Assembly: GCA_026004495.1 (NCBI GenBank) | Contig: BPJG01000001.1 | Span: 2,672 to 66,671 of the forward strand | Source of the DNA: Candidatus Parcubacteria bacterium | GTDB lineage: Bacteria > Patescibacteriota > Minisyncoccia > UBA6257 > HR35 | Direction of reading: 5' to 3' | DNA: 64,000 bases | Notes under the pieces: generated by a model | The model's input: only the letters and a program-made list of their open reading frames with translations | The model's database searches: none | What the model was told of the DNA's origin: nothing | Made by a program: the position numbers and the translations under genes | In this document: positions 49,670 through 59,805 of the stretch, piece after piece | Layout: every line of letters starts with the position of its first letter | Position numbering within the stretch: position 1 is the first letter of the stretch

Positions 49670-50432
49670 AAATTTATCAATTAAGCAAAAACAAGAAATA
49701 ATAAGAAAGAAAGCAAGAGAAATATTAGAAAAACATAATGAGGGAATAAGATATATGGATTTAGTAAGAAAAGTTAAAGAAGAATGCCCGGGAATAGACT
49801 TGCGTAGAATTAAGTGGGAAGTTTGGTATTTACCAAGGATATCCCAAGATGTAATAAAACCCGAGAGAGGACTGCTTATTTTGAAAAAATATTATGAGGA
49901 AATTTCAAAAGGAGAAACAGAGGTAAAAGAAAAAAGAATTTATAGAATAGATGAATCTGTTTTTTATCAACATTTTGCTGATTATTTAGTGAATGAATTA
50001 GAAGAATGTACAAAAGCTATATCATTGGGAGGAAGTAGATTCCAGGATAAGTGGGGAACTCCTGATGTATTGGGAATATATAAAATTTCTGAAACTGAAC
50101 CCATAAGACCTTTGCCTGAAATAATAAGCGCTGAAATAAAAATTGATATTAATCAATTAATAACTGCTTTTGGCCAGGCTTGTGCTTATAAATTATTTAG
50201 TCATAAAGTTTATTTAGTTGTGCCTAAGGATGCTTCGCCTGTGGATTTGAGCAGATTAGAATCTTTATGCTTAAGATTTAGTATTGGTTTAATAACTTTT
50301 GATAGAAATAATTCTCAAAATCCAGATTTTAGAATAATAACGAGAGCAATTAAAAGCGAACCTGATTATTTTTATGTTAATGAATATTTAAGAAGATTAG
50401 ATAAAAGAGATTTAAAAGAGTTATTTGGATAA
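49659..50432 (+). CDS. Putative winged-helix plus PD-(D/E)xK endonuclease
   Basis: N-terminal GIRYMDLVRKV..; WGTPDVLG, SAEIK, AFGQACAYKLFSHKVYLVVP. Confidence 0.7.
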   Translation: MKNKNLSIKQKQEIIRKKAREILEKHNEGIRYMDLVRKVKEECPGIDLRRIKWEVWYLPRISQDVIKPERGLLILKKYYEEISKGETEVKEKRIYRIDESVFYQHFADYLVNELEECTKAISLGGSRFQDKWGTPDVLGIYKISETEPIRPLPEIISAEIKIDINQLITAFGQACAYKLFSHKVYLVVPKDASPVDLSRLESLCLRFSIGLITFDRNNSQNPDFRIITRAIKSEPDYFYVNEYLRRLDKRDLKELFG

Positions 50433-50436
50433 ATTT

Positions 50437-53304
50437 ATGAATATTAAACTTATCTTAAAAAACATACTTGAAAACATTGATTTAAACGATCTATCTTCTA
50501 ATTGGCATAATTTTGATTTTGAGAGTTTTTCGAAAGATAAGAAGCTTTATGATTTTCAAATTGAGGCGTTAGAGAATTTTTTAAAAGTTTTGTGGTTTTA
50601 TTACGAAAAAGACTTTGATTACCAAGAAGGAGAAAATTTAGAAATCAATGATAAAAGAAAAGAAAAATTGTTTAAAGAATATTTAGATTATGATTTAAAT
50701 CATAAAGATGTTTCTCTTAAATACAAGGAAGAAAAGAAACATAAATTTATTTTTGAGTATTATCCTTTAGAAAATGAAGAAATAAATTTTAAGCATCTGG
50801 TGAATAGAGCTGGGTTTTGGATGGCGACAGGAAGTGGAAAAACATTAGTAATTGTTAAAATTATTGAATTTTTAAGAGAATTGATAAAAAGAAAAGAAAT
50901 TCCTAATTTTGATATTTTATTTTTAACTCACAGAGAAGACTTAATAAATCAATTTAAAAAGCATATTGAAGAATATAATGAAGGTATGGAAGATAAAATT
51001 ACAGTTTATGATTTAAAAGAATACGAAGAATTAAAAAGAAATTTATTTTGTCAAAATTTTGTTTTTTACTATAGAGCTGATTTGTTTTCTGATGAAGAAA
51101 AAGAAAAGATTGTAGATTTTAGAAATTATTATAATGATGGGAAGTGGTTTGTAATTTTAGATGAAGCTCATAAAGGTGATACTGAAGAATCAAAAAGACA
51201 ACATATATTTTCAATACTTTCTAAAAATGGATTTCTATTTAATTTTTCAGCAACTTTTAGTGATCCTATTGATTTAATTACCACTTGTTTTGAATATAAT
51301 CTTTCAACATTTATTGAAAATGGTTATGGAAAGAAAATTTATATTTCAGATTATGAAGCAAGAGTTTTTAAGAATAAAGATGATTTTAGACAAAAAGAAA
51401 AGCAAAAAATTATTTTAAAAGGGTTAATTCTTTTCACTTATATTAAAAAGCAGTTAAATAAAATTAGAGAAAAAATTTTAAATGCTTATCATAATCCATT
51501 ACTCCTTGTTTTAGTGAATTCTGTAAATCAAGAAGATGCTGATTTAAAGTTATTTTTTGAAGAAATTAAAAACATAGTAGAAGGGAGTTTTGATAAGGGT
51601 TTAATTGAAGAAACTAAAAATGAATTAATTAAAGAATTTAAAGAAAAAGAAGAATTTGTAATTCCGGAAAATGATAAATTAAAGATAGATTTTAATTTGC
51701 TTTCAGAAATAAATTATCAGGATATTTTAAAAGATGTTTTTAATTCTGGTGAAGAAGGAAAAATAGAAATTTCTTATAGTCCCAGAGAAAAAGGAGAAGT
51801 TGCTTTTAAATTAAAAACATCTACTTCTCATTTTGCTTTGATTAAAACAGGAGCTATGCCAGATTGGCTTGAAAGTTCTTTAAATAAATTTGAAGTTAAT
51901 CATAAATTTGAAAACGAGAAGTTTTTTGAAGAAATAAATAGTGAAAATTCATCAATAAATATATTATTAGGTTCAAGAGTTTTTTATGAAGGATGGGACT
52001 CAAACAGACCAAATATTATTATGTTTATAAATATAGGTACGCAAAAAGATGCTAAAAAATTCGTTTTACAATCAATTGGAAGAGGTATAAGAATTGAACC
52101 GATAAAAAATGAAAGAAAAAGATTTTTGTATATTAAAGAAAAAATGGGTGAAGTTTTTGATGAAATTAAAGATTATATTTCGTCGATAGAAAGTTTATTT
52201 ATTTTTGGAACTAATAAAAATGCTATTGAAACTATAATTAAAGAGGTTAATACATTCAAAAAAGAAACATTTAGGGGTGTTAAAATCTCTCTTTTCAAAA
52301 ATGTTGAAGCAATCAAAGAGAATATTTTGTTAGTACCGAAATATAAAGAGGGAGAAAAAAGAATTTTTGAAGAAGAGATTAGATATGGAATTTCTGAAAA
52401 TGATTTTGAAAAATTAAAAGAATTTAATGAATTTATTAGAGATGACAGAGTTTTGTTAATGTTTTTTAATACTGAACCAAAATTAATTAAATATTTTAGG
52501 GAATCTTTGACTAAGCAAGTTGAATTAGATAGCGGAAATTATTATAAAAAAGCAGATTTAGAAAGAGTGGATGTTAAGGTAATTTTAACTGATATTTTTA
52601 GTTTTTGGGGAGCAAGATTTAAAGATTTTGAAAAGCTGGAGGAATTAAAAGATGAAATAAGGCATTTTGAAAATGTTGTTATTGAAGAAGCTAAATTCAA
52701 AGATTTTAACTCTATAAAAGAAGCTGTTTTGAGCACAAAAAGAAGTTTACCGTTTGAAAATTTGAAATTGGAATATATAGCTAATCATTATTATTTCCCT
52801 TTAATTTTAAGTAAAGATGAAAAAATTGATTATATTAAACATATCATTAAAACAAAAAGTGAAGTTGAATTTATTGAAAAACTTGAAAATTACTTAGATT
52901 CAGAAAATAATAAATTTAAAGAATTTGATTGGTGGATGTTTAGTAAAATTGATGAGAGTTTAGACGAAGTTTATATTCCTTATTATGATATTGAAAAAGG
53001 TTCTATAAGAAAATTTAAACCAGATTTTATATTTTGGCTTAAAAAAGCTAATAATTATTTTATTGTTTTTGTTGATCCAAAATCTACAAAATTCACTGAT
53101 TATGAAAATAAAATTTCTTGGTATAAAAGATTATTTGAAAAGAATGACAAACTAAAGGCTTTTGAATATAAAAACTTGAAATGTTATGTATATTGTTTCT
53201 TATATACCGATGATAAAGACAAAGTGAAAAATTTTGGTTATGAAAATTATTGGTTTGAAAGTATAGATGATATGTTGGCAAAAATTCTAAAAATGTCTTT
53301 TTAA
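50437..53304 (+). CDS. res: Type III restriction helicase/endonuclease (Res)
   Basis: MATGSGKT, LDEAHKG, FSATF, EGWDS, QSIGRGIR, FKPDFIFW..FVDPKS. Confidence 0.9.
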   Translation: MNIKLILKNILENIDLNDLSSNWHNFDFESFSKDKKLYDFQIEALENFLKVLWFYYEKDFDYQEGENLEINDKRKEKLFKEYLDYDLNHKDVSLKYKEEKKHKFIFEYYPLENEEINFKHLVNRAGFWMATGSGKTLVIVKIIEFLRELIKRKEIPNFDILFLTHREDLINQFKKHIEEYNEGMEDKITVYDLKEYEELKRNLFCQNFVFYYRADLFSDEEKEKIVDFRNYYNDGKWFVILDEAHKGDTEESKRQHIFSILSKNGFLFNFSATFSDPIDLITTCFEYNLSTFIENGYGKKIYISDYEARVFKNKDDFRQKEKQKIILKGLILFTYIKKQLNKIREKILNAYHNPLLLVLVNSVNQEDADLKLFFEEIKNIVEGSFDKGLIEETKNELIKEFKEKEEFVIPENDKLKIDFNLLSEINYQDILKDVFNSGEEGKIEISYSPREKGEVAFKLKTSTSHFALIKTGAMPDWLESSLNKFEVNHKFENEKFFEEINSENSSINILLGSRVFYEGWDSNRPNIIMFINIGTQKDAKKFVLQSIGRGIRIEPIKNERKRFLYIKEKMGEVFDEIKDYISSIESLFIFGTNKNAIETIIKEVNTFKKETFRGVKISLFKNVEAIKENILLVPKYKEGEKRIFEEEIRYGISENDFEKLKEFNEFIRDDRVLLMFFNTEPKLIKYFRESLTKQVELDSGNYYKKADLERVDVKVILTDIFSFWGARFKDFEKLEELKDEIRHFENVVIEEAKFKDFNSIKEAVLSTKRSLPFENLKLEYIANHYYFPLILSKDEKIDYIKHIIKTKSEVEFIEKLENYLDSENNKFKEFDWWMFSKIDESLDEVYIPYYDIEKGSIRKFKPDFIFWLKKANNYFIVFVDPKSTKFTDYENKISWYKRLFEKNDKLKAFEYKNLKCYVYCFLYTDDKDKVKNFGYENYWFESIDDMLAKILKMSF

Positions 53305-53363
53305 AATCTATTAATATATTAAATCTATGTAATTTTCATTATTCATTGTCATAGTAGAAAATA

Positions 53364-53900
53364 ATGAAAAATTACTTAGTAATTAAACGAAAAGTGAAGT
53401 ATTTGAGGTTGGAGATAAGGGAGTTTAATTTGAGGGTGATTGTGCCGGAGGGGTTTAGTGGAGATGTTGAGAAAGTTATTGAAAGACATAAAAGGTGGTT
53501 GGAGAAAAAATTTGCTTTGTTGAATGAAATAAAAAGTTTGAGTGAAGGTTTGGAAATTTATAATCACGAGAATTTAGAAGAAATTGTTGATGGATATATA
53601 GATGAAATTAGTCAGATTTTGAAAGTAAGGCCAAAAGAAGTTTCTTTTAGAAATATGAAAGTAAGATGGGGAAGTTGTACTTCAGATGGAAGATTGATTT
53701 TTAATAAAAAATTAAAATTTTTGCCGAAAGAACTTATAAGATATGTTGCTATTCACGAAATGTGTCATTTGTTAGTAAGAAATCATAAAAAAGAATTTTG
53801 GCAATTAGTGGAGAAATTATGTCCTGAATTCAAGAATTATCAAAAGTTGTTAGTGGGGTATAAGATGAGATTAGAGAATAATTTTAAACTATCTTATTAA
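53364..53900 (+). CDS. M48/YgjP (DUF45) family metallopeptidase-like protein
   Basis: RWGSC, YVAIHEMCHL..NHKKEFW. Confidence 0.9.
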   Translation: MKNYLVIKRKVKYLRLEIREFNLRVIVPEGFSGDVEKVIERHKRWLEKKFALLNEIKSLSEGLEIYNHENLEEIVDGYIDEISQILKVRPKEVSFRNMKVRWGSCTSDGRLIFNKKLKFLPKELIRYVAIHEMCHLLVRNHKKEFWQLVEKLCPEFKNYQKLLVGYKMRLENNFKLSY

Positions 53901-54017
53901 ATTATTGTGTAATGGTTAACAATAGGATTGTTTTTTTATTATTTCCGAAATGTATTTATCTTTTTCTTAAATAAGTTTAGTGGTTTCTATTTTCCTTTAA
54001 AATTAAGAAATATAATT

Positions 54018-54089
54018 TGGGCGCAGGAGGATTTGAACCTCCGACCTCCTCGATGTGAACGAGGCGTTCTGCCACTGAACTATACGCCC
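54018..54089 (-). tRNA. tRNA-Val(CAC); CCA not encoded
   Basis: Minus strand gggcgtatagttcagtggcagaacg-cctcg-ttCACat-cgagg-aggtc-ggagg-ttcaaat-cctcc-tgcgccca folds as a cloverleaf. Confidence 0.95.
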
Positions 54090-54244
54090 TTAATATTTTT
54101 GTTTTTTATTTATATTTTTGTTATTTTTTAGATAAATAGATATAATTTAATTTTATCAAAATTTTCAGTTTTAATCTTATTTCATTTATAATTTTGAATA
54201 ATTTAAGGTTGATAACAATAACTTAAAAAACTTAAAATAATATT

Positions 54245-54922
54245 ATGACCGAAAAAACTATTTATCTTTCACCATCAAAACTTAATTTATTTTTAAATTG
54301 TCCTTTATGTTTTTGGTTAAGTGAAGTTGAAAAAGTTCATCGACCAGAAGGAATTTCTTCAACTTTGCCAAGAGGAATGGATCTATTAATTAAAAAATAT
54401 TTTGATAAGTACAGAGCTTTAGGTAAATTACCGCCAGAAATTGAAGGCAAAGTGAGAGGAAAATTAATTAATGAAAGCATTTTAAAAAAATGGCGAACAA
54501 CTCACAAATATAGTGAACCATTTTATTACAATGAAAGATTAGATGCAGTTCTATTTGGTGGATTAGATGAATGTTTGGTCGATGATGAATATTATATTCC
54601 TACTGATTATAAAACTTATGGCTTTGAATTAAAAGAAAACTCTCATTCTTTTCATCAATTACAACTTGATGCCTATACTTTAATGCTTCAGGCTAACGGC
54701 TATAAACATTTAAACTTAGCTTATTTAATTTATTATATTCCTCAAGAAATTAAAGAAAATGGAGTAATTAAGTTCAAAGTTGAAGTAGTTGAAGTTAAGA
54801 CAAATCCAGAAAATGCAAAAATGATTTTTGAATCAGCAATTAATCTCTTAAGAGGGCCAAAACCAAAATCCCATAGTGAATGCGAATATTGCTCTTGGAC
54901 AAACGAGTTTTTTAAGCATTAG
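54245..54922 (+). CDS. PD-(D/E)xK nuclease family protein (RecB-like)
   Basis: LSPSKL..CPLCFWL, GGLDE, DYKT, QLDAY, CEYC. Confidence 0.85.
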   Translation: MTEKTIYLSPSKLNLFLNCPLCFWLSEVEKVHRPEGISSTLPRGMDLLIKKYFDKYRALGKLPPEIEGKVRGKLINESILKKWRTTHKYSEPFYYNERLDAVLFGGLDECLVDDEYYIPTDYKTYGFELKENSHSFHQLQLDAYTLMLQANGYKHLNLAYLIYYIPQEIKENGVIKFKVEVVEVKTNPENAKMIFESAINLLRGPKPKSHSECEYCSWTNEFFKH

Positions 54923-54934
54923 CAAATACCTCTT

Positions 54935-56062
54935 ATGATCATAAATAATTCATTATTTAAGTTTGGTATTGAGCATGAAATTGCTTTAGTTAATAAAAAT
55001 GGTAAATTTTTGGATCATAGAAGTTTAAGCTTAAATAGTTTAAATAAAATTATTCAAAAATTTCCTGTTTATCAAAATGATTATCAGTATTTGAGAATTG
55101 GTGATTTGGGTATTAAAGTTAAAAGAGTTTATGTAGAGGGTTTAGAGATCTTTGATAAAGATGGTTATTTAATAAAACAATATCCTAAAGGATTAGAATT
55201 AAGAACAAGACCTAATAGTAATATTGATCATTTATTTGCTGAGTTTTTAAGTGATTTTAATTTTATTTCCAAAAGCTTAAAACAATTTAAAATCCAACCA
55301 ACATTTTTAAGTTTTAATCCGTATTTAGATAGAGTAAATATAAAAATTGAACTACATTCTTATGAGAAAAAATTAAGAAGTGAGGACCCAGGAAGAAAAA
55401 CTGCTTCTTTTACTTTACTTACTTTTGGTCCTGATATAAATATTTCTTTTTCTGAATTAAGTGATAAAGGTATTTTAGATATTATTTTGAAACTTAATTA
55501 TTATGCTCCTTTTATTGTGCCCCTTACCTTTTCTTCGCCATTTTATAAAGGTAAATTATGGGATGGTTATTCAGTTAGAACTTATTTCCGTTCACAGTTA
55601 AGGCCATCGGCAGTTGGTTTTATTAATGATAAAAATTTGCTTTTAAAATATTCAGATAAGTGGATATTAAATAAAAATAGAACAGAAAGTGAGAGTGGGA
55701 GAATTGAATTTAAGGCAATTGATACTATTTGGGATATTAAAATTTATAAAGGTCTTTTTATAATTTTAAAGGGTTTGATTTTAGAAAATAATTTAAAGGG
55801 TAGAGCAGAATGGTCAGATAAAAAATTAATGGAGTTATCAGCTAAATATGGTTTTGATGATAATTTAATTTATGATGGTGCTTATGAGGTTTTATCTACC
55901 TGTTATAAAATTATTAGAAACAATGAAGAAAGAAAATATTTAAAATATCTATTTGAAGTTTTAAAGAAAAAATGGAATTTTAGTAAAATATTAATTAGTG
56001 ATTTTAAAAAATTCGGATCAATAAATAAAGTTCTAATAAAATATGACAAATTTAAAATATGA
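54935..56062 (+). CDS. Glutamate-cysteine ligase (GCS2/YbdK)-like carboxylate-amine ligase
   Basis: FGIEHE, GLELRT, FSSPFY.G, S.R, GRIEFKAID. Confidence 0.7.
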   Translation: MIINNSLFKFGIEHEIALVNKNGKFLDHRSLSLNSLNKIIQKFPVYQNDYQYLRIGDLGIKVKRVYVEGLEIFDKDGYLIKQYPKGLELRTRPNSNIDHLFAEFLSDFNFISKSLKQFKIQPTFLSFNPYLDRVNIKIELHSYEKKLRSEDPGRKTASFTLLTFGPDINISFSELSDKGILDIILKLNYYAPFIVPLTFSSPFYKGKLWDGYSVRTYFRSQLRPSAVGFINDKNLLLKYSDKWILNKNRTESESGRIEFKAIDTIWDIKIYKGLFIILKGLILENNLKGRAEWSDKKLMELSAKYGFDDNLIYDGAYEVLSTCYKIIRNNEERKYLKYLFEVLKKKWNFSKILISDFKKFGSINKVLIKYDKFKI

Positions 56063-56966
56063 TTTAATAATAGTTGGCGGAGGTCCAATTGGCTCAAGTA
56101 TTGGTTATTTTATTTCTCAAGATAAAGATAAATTTAATTTAAACAAAATTGCTCTTATTCAAAAAGAACCAGATGTTTATGATGGCATTGCTTATCTTAA
56201 TGCTGGCGGAAGTATTAGATGGTATTTTGAAGATGAGGAAATAAGAGATAATACAAGAAAAACTGCTGAGTTTATTTTGAGTCTCAAAGATAAAGTTGAT
56301 TTAAATTTGATTGAAGATAATTATTTTTTTGTTCATAAAGGAATTTTTGTACCGAGTATAAATATTGCTGGAGGTAAGTTAGTAAATTATTTTAAGAAAG
56401 TAACTGAAAAAAATGGTGTTGAAATTTTTAATTCAAGTGAATTTCAAAAAATTGAAAAAGGTGGCGAAATTTATAAAATAATCACAAACAAGGGAGAATT
56501 TTGGGCTGATAAAGTTATCTTTGCCATGGGTTATAAAAATAAAGAATATCTCGATGTTCCTATTGAAATCGAAAAAAGACAGCTTTTTATTTTAAATTTA
56601 GAAGTCAAAGAGGAGCAACTTAAAATACCACATACAATAATAAGATTTAGAGATGGTATTATCTATTACTTTTTAAAAAAATTTGATTATGGCTATCGAA
56701 TAGTTTTAGGCCAAGAAGAAATTATTGAACATAGTTTAGAACCAAAATCTGAAAATTATTTTAAAGATTTACTTTCAATGGGTCTAGGTGATGTTTTGCC
56801 GTTTTTAAAAAAAGCAGAAGTTGAAAAAATTCTTTGGGGGTATGATACAACTAATAAAAAACCTCTAATATATGAATACGATAAAAATGTTTTCGCCGTA
56901 AATTGCGGAAGTGCATTAAGATCGTTAATAGGAATAATTGAACAAGTCTTAAAAAAACTTAAATGA
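56043..56966 (+). CDS. FAD-dependent oxidoreductase (DAO family)
   Basis: YDLIIVGGGPIGSSIGY, NAGG.IR, WGYDTT..KP. Confidence 0.8.
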   Translation: MTNLKYDLIIVGGGPIGSSIGYFISQDKDKFNLNKIALIQKEPDVYDGIAYLNAGGSIRWYFEDEEIRDNTRKTAEFILSLKDKVDLNLIEDNYFFVHKGIFVPSINIAGGKLVNYFKKVTEKNGVEIFNSSEFQKIEKGGEIYKIITNKGEFWADKVIFAMGYKNKEYLDVPIEIEKRQLFILNLEVKEEQLKIPHTIIRFRDGIIYYFLKKFDYGYRIVLGQEEIIEHSLEPKSENYFKDLLSMGLGDVLPFLKKAEVEKILWGYDTTNKKPLIYEYDKNVFAVNCGSALRSLIGIIEQVLKKLK

Positions 56967-57268
56967 TATTTGTTTATATAACTAATCCCAATCGAAAAAC
57001 TGCTTTGATAATTTCTCAAAAGCTTTTAAATCAAAAACTTATTGGTTGCGCTAATATTCTTCCAATCCAAAGTTTATATTGGTGGCAAGGAAAAATTGTT
57101 AAAGATAAAGAATATGTTTTAATTGCTAAAACTCTTGAGAAAAATTATAAAAAAATAAAAGAAGCTGTTGAGAAAATTCATCCTTATTCAGTCCCATGTA
57201 TTTTGAAAATTAAAATCGATGAGGTAAATAAAAAATATTTTAAATGGCTTAAAGAAATAGTGAAATAA
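56963..57268 (+). CDS. cutA: Divalent-cation tolerance protein CutA
   Basis: LIGCANI.PIQSLYWWQG, E..LIAKT, HPYSVPCI. Confidence 0.93.
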   Translation: MIFVYITNPNRKTALIISQKLLNQKLIGCANILPIQSLYWWQGKIVKDKEYVLIAKTLEKNYKKIKEAVEKIHPYSVPCILKIKIDEVNKKYFKWLKEIVK

Positions 57269-57627
57269 GAATAATAAAAAAATATTTAAATATTTATTTT
57301 TTTTAGGAAGATTGATTTTATTTCTATATTTATTATCACTAAAAATCAATAAAATAAAACTAAAAATCTTAAACCTTATAGAATAAATTATCAAAAATAT
57401 CTTGAAAAATTTAAGTTGATCTAATGCAATTTAATTATATAAAATTAATCTTAAATAAATATATGCCATTTGATAAATCTTTATAAAAAATTACATTGTA
57501 TTAGATTACAAAAAAAATTGATGAACTAGATTTTACTGGAAGATTTAAATTAAAGATAGATAAAAATTAAAAAATTTTATTAAGAATAATATATCACAGG
57601 TTTCTATTTTGCTAAATTTAATATTTA

Positions 57628-59805
57628 TTAATCTCTAATAACAATTTTATTTTCAAAACCTCGTTCTTTTAATAATCTTATTAATTCTTCATCTTTACTA
57701 CTTACAAAGAAGTATCCACCTATTTCTTCTAACTTACCCAAATTTTTTATAGGAGCGTATCTAAAAAAGGCATCACCTCTTATTATTCTTAAATTTCCTA
57801 AATCTTCCACTTTGGAATTTCTAAAAAAAGCATTACCCCTAATTTCCTCTAAGTTTTTTAATGTTTTAATTCTTGATCTTTCAAGAAAGACATGACCTCC
57901 TATTATTCTTAAATTTCCCAGATCTTCTACTTCGGAATTCTTAAAAAAAGCATTACCTCTAATTTCCTCTAAATTTTTTAATGTTTTAATTCTTGATCTT
58001 TCAAAATTGGCATCACCTTCTATTATTCTCAAATTTCCCAGATCTTCTACTTCGGAATTCTTAAAAAAAGCATTACCTCTAATTTCCTCTAAATTTTTTA
58101 ATGTTTTAATTCTTGATCTTTCAAAATGAGTATCACCTCTTATTATTCTCAAATTTCCCAGATCTTCTACTTCGGAATTACTAAAATAAGTATTACCTCC
58201 AATTTCCTCTAAGTTTTTTAATGTTTTAATTCTTGATCTTTCAAAAAAGGCATCACCTCTTATTATTCTTAAATTTCCCAAATCTTCTACTTCGGAATCA
58301 CTAAAATCAGCATTACCTGAGATAAATGTTAGTTTCTTAGGAAAATAAGTCCACTTTTGTGGCATTAGATAGACTAAATAATCATACACAACAACTGTTT
58401 CATCTGTAATTTCAATAGTTTCTGTAGTAATTTGCTCTTCTCGGCAATTAAAAATTTTAGATAAGTCTTTTTTAAGATTTCGTCTTCTTAAAATATTATT
58501 TATTCTTTCATCTATTTCATAGCCAAATCCTACTATATCTCTATCTATTTCATATAAAAATTTTAATTCTTCGAGATCTAATTCTTGATTGTTTAAATAT
58601 TTGATATAAATTTCTGCTAATCTGTTCATATCTTCAGTCGCTTGAAGATATCTTTCTGATCCAGGTAAAATTATTTTTTTTTCTTCTATTTCTAATCCTT
58701 CAGTTAAAGATTTCTTAACAACAGGAGTAATATATTGGTCTAAATTCTGACCCTTAGAAATTCCTCTTATTTCAGTTATTTGATTTAAATTTCTATTAAA
58801 AACTATCGCAACTCTAGGTATCGTAGGATTACCTTCATTATCTTCTGAAAAATAAATATAGATATCGGAGTGTGATAAATAATTTTTTGCCGTTTCTTCA
58901 CCAGCAATACACCAGTTAGTATTAAAACCCCCTATTGCTTTAATTAAATCTTTAGGATTAGAGGCTTGCGAAAACAATTTCCACTTACCTTCAGTAATAA
59001 TTAATTTTTCTTCAGGAAGCTTAAGGCTATTTACGTATTCTAATAACCATGGGTATAGTTTTCTAAAATCTTCAGATTGAATAAGTTTTTGTAATTCTTT
59101 TTGTTGCTCCTCGTTTAAATTTGTTAATCCTGATGGTTCTCCCTTTTCTTTTCTAATAAGTTCATCAATTAAAAGACCTAGGGCTTGTGAATTTAGTTCA
59201 GGAAAGGTAGCAACTGTTGTTTCTGTTCTTTTATTATATTCTTTTCTTATTTCATCATAAGCACCACATCTTAAAACTTCAGCAAAAATCCAATATCTAA
59301 ATTCAGTAGGATAATTTTCAGCCTCAGGAGAAGTTAAATAATCAAACCAAGTATCTAAGCTTCTTTTTTGATCTTCAATTATTTGTTGGATTAATTGTTG
59401 TTTTTCTTGTTCTGGAACTTGATAAGTCTCAAAAGATTGACCTATTCGCTTTTCAAATAACTCAATTACGGCTTGCCTAATTTGTGGTTCTCGTAATTCT
59501 TCTCTTGTATGACCTAATATTTCGGCAAAATTAACCAATAAAACATTTTTAAAATAGTCTGATGGTATATTTTCTGGTTTAATAATAAATTTTTTATAAA
59601 GTATTTGTTTTTTAAATAATTCTTTTCCACTTTCTTTTTTTAGGATATCTATAATTCTTTGAATATAATAAGGAATTTGATCTTTGGGATTAGGAGGAAT
59701 TTTACCTATTTTTCTTTTGCTTGACCTTGATACAGCTTCCCTAAAATCTTCAAACTTCCAATAATTTCTTTTTAAAAATTTTTCTGGCTTAAAAATTTCT
59801 GGCAT
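57628..59805 (-). CDS. Large orphan protein with C-terminal LRR/L-domain-like 20-aa repeats
   Basis: TNWCIAGE..A..YL core; ten alternating 20-aa repeats. Confidence 0.85.
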   Translation of the reverse strand: MPEIFKPEKFLKRNYWKFEDFREAVSRSSKRKIGKIPPNPKDQIPYYIQRIIDILKKESGKELFKKQILYKKFIIKPENIPSDYFKNVLLVNFAEILGHTREELREPQIRQAVIELFEKRIGQSFETYQVPEQEKQQLIQQIIEDQKRSLDTWFDYLTSPEAENYPTEFRYWIFAEVLRCGAYDEIRKEYNKRTETTVATFPELNSQALGLLIDELIRKEKGEPSGLTNLNEEQQKELQKLIQSEDFRKLYPWLLEYVNSLKLPEEKLIITEGKWKLFSQASNPKDLIKAIGGFNTNWCIAGEETAKNYLSHSDIYIYFSEDNEGNPTIPRVAIVFNRNLNQITEIRGISKGQNLDQYITPVVKKSLTEGLEIEEKKIILPGSERYLQATEDMNRLAEIYIKYLNNQELDLEELKFLYEIDRDIVGFGYEIDERINNILRRRNLKKDLSKIFNCREEQITTETIEITDETVVVYDYLVYLMPQKWTYFPKKLTFISGNADFSDSEVEDLGNLRIIRGDAFFERSRIKTLKNLEEIGGNTYFSNSEVEDLGNLRIIRGDTHFERSRIKTLKNLEEIRGNAFFKNSEVEDLGNLRIIEGDANFERSRIKTLKNLEEIRGNAFFKNSEVEDLGNLRIIGGHVFLERSRIKTLKNLEEIRGNAFFRNSKVEDLGNLRIIRGDAFFRYAPIKNLGKLEEIGGYFFVSSKDEELIRLLKERGFENKIVIRD
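57715..58320 (-). repeat. 120-bp tandem repeat array (about 5 copies; 60-bp A/B subunits)
   Basis: aatttcctctaa.ttttttaatgttttaattcttgatctttcaa at 57841, 57961, 58081, 58201. Confidence 0.95.

Noticed and set aside
53928-54131. 67-aa ORF
   Set aside because: Antisense shadow of tRNA-Val (WAQEDLNLRP)
54245-54922. Cas4 of a CRISPR system
   Set aside because: No other cas genes or array; fits a stand-alone PD-(D/E)xK nuclease
57270-57620. Possible decayed small gene starting MPFDKSL
   Set aside because: Too degraded to support a call
57715-58320. Diversity-generating retroelement TR/VR pair
   Set aside because: Repeats are tandem and coding; no reverse transcriptase or separate template in the window
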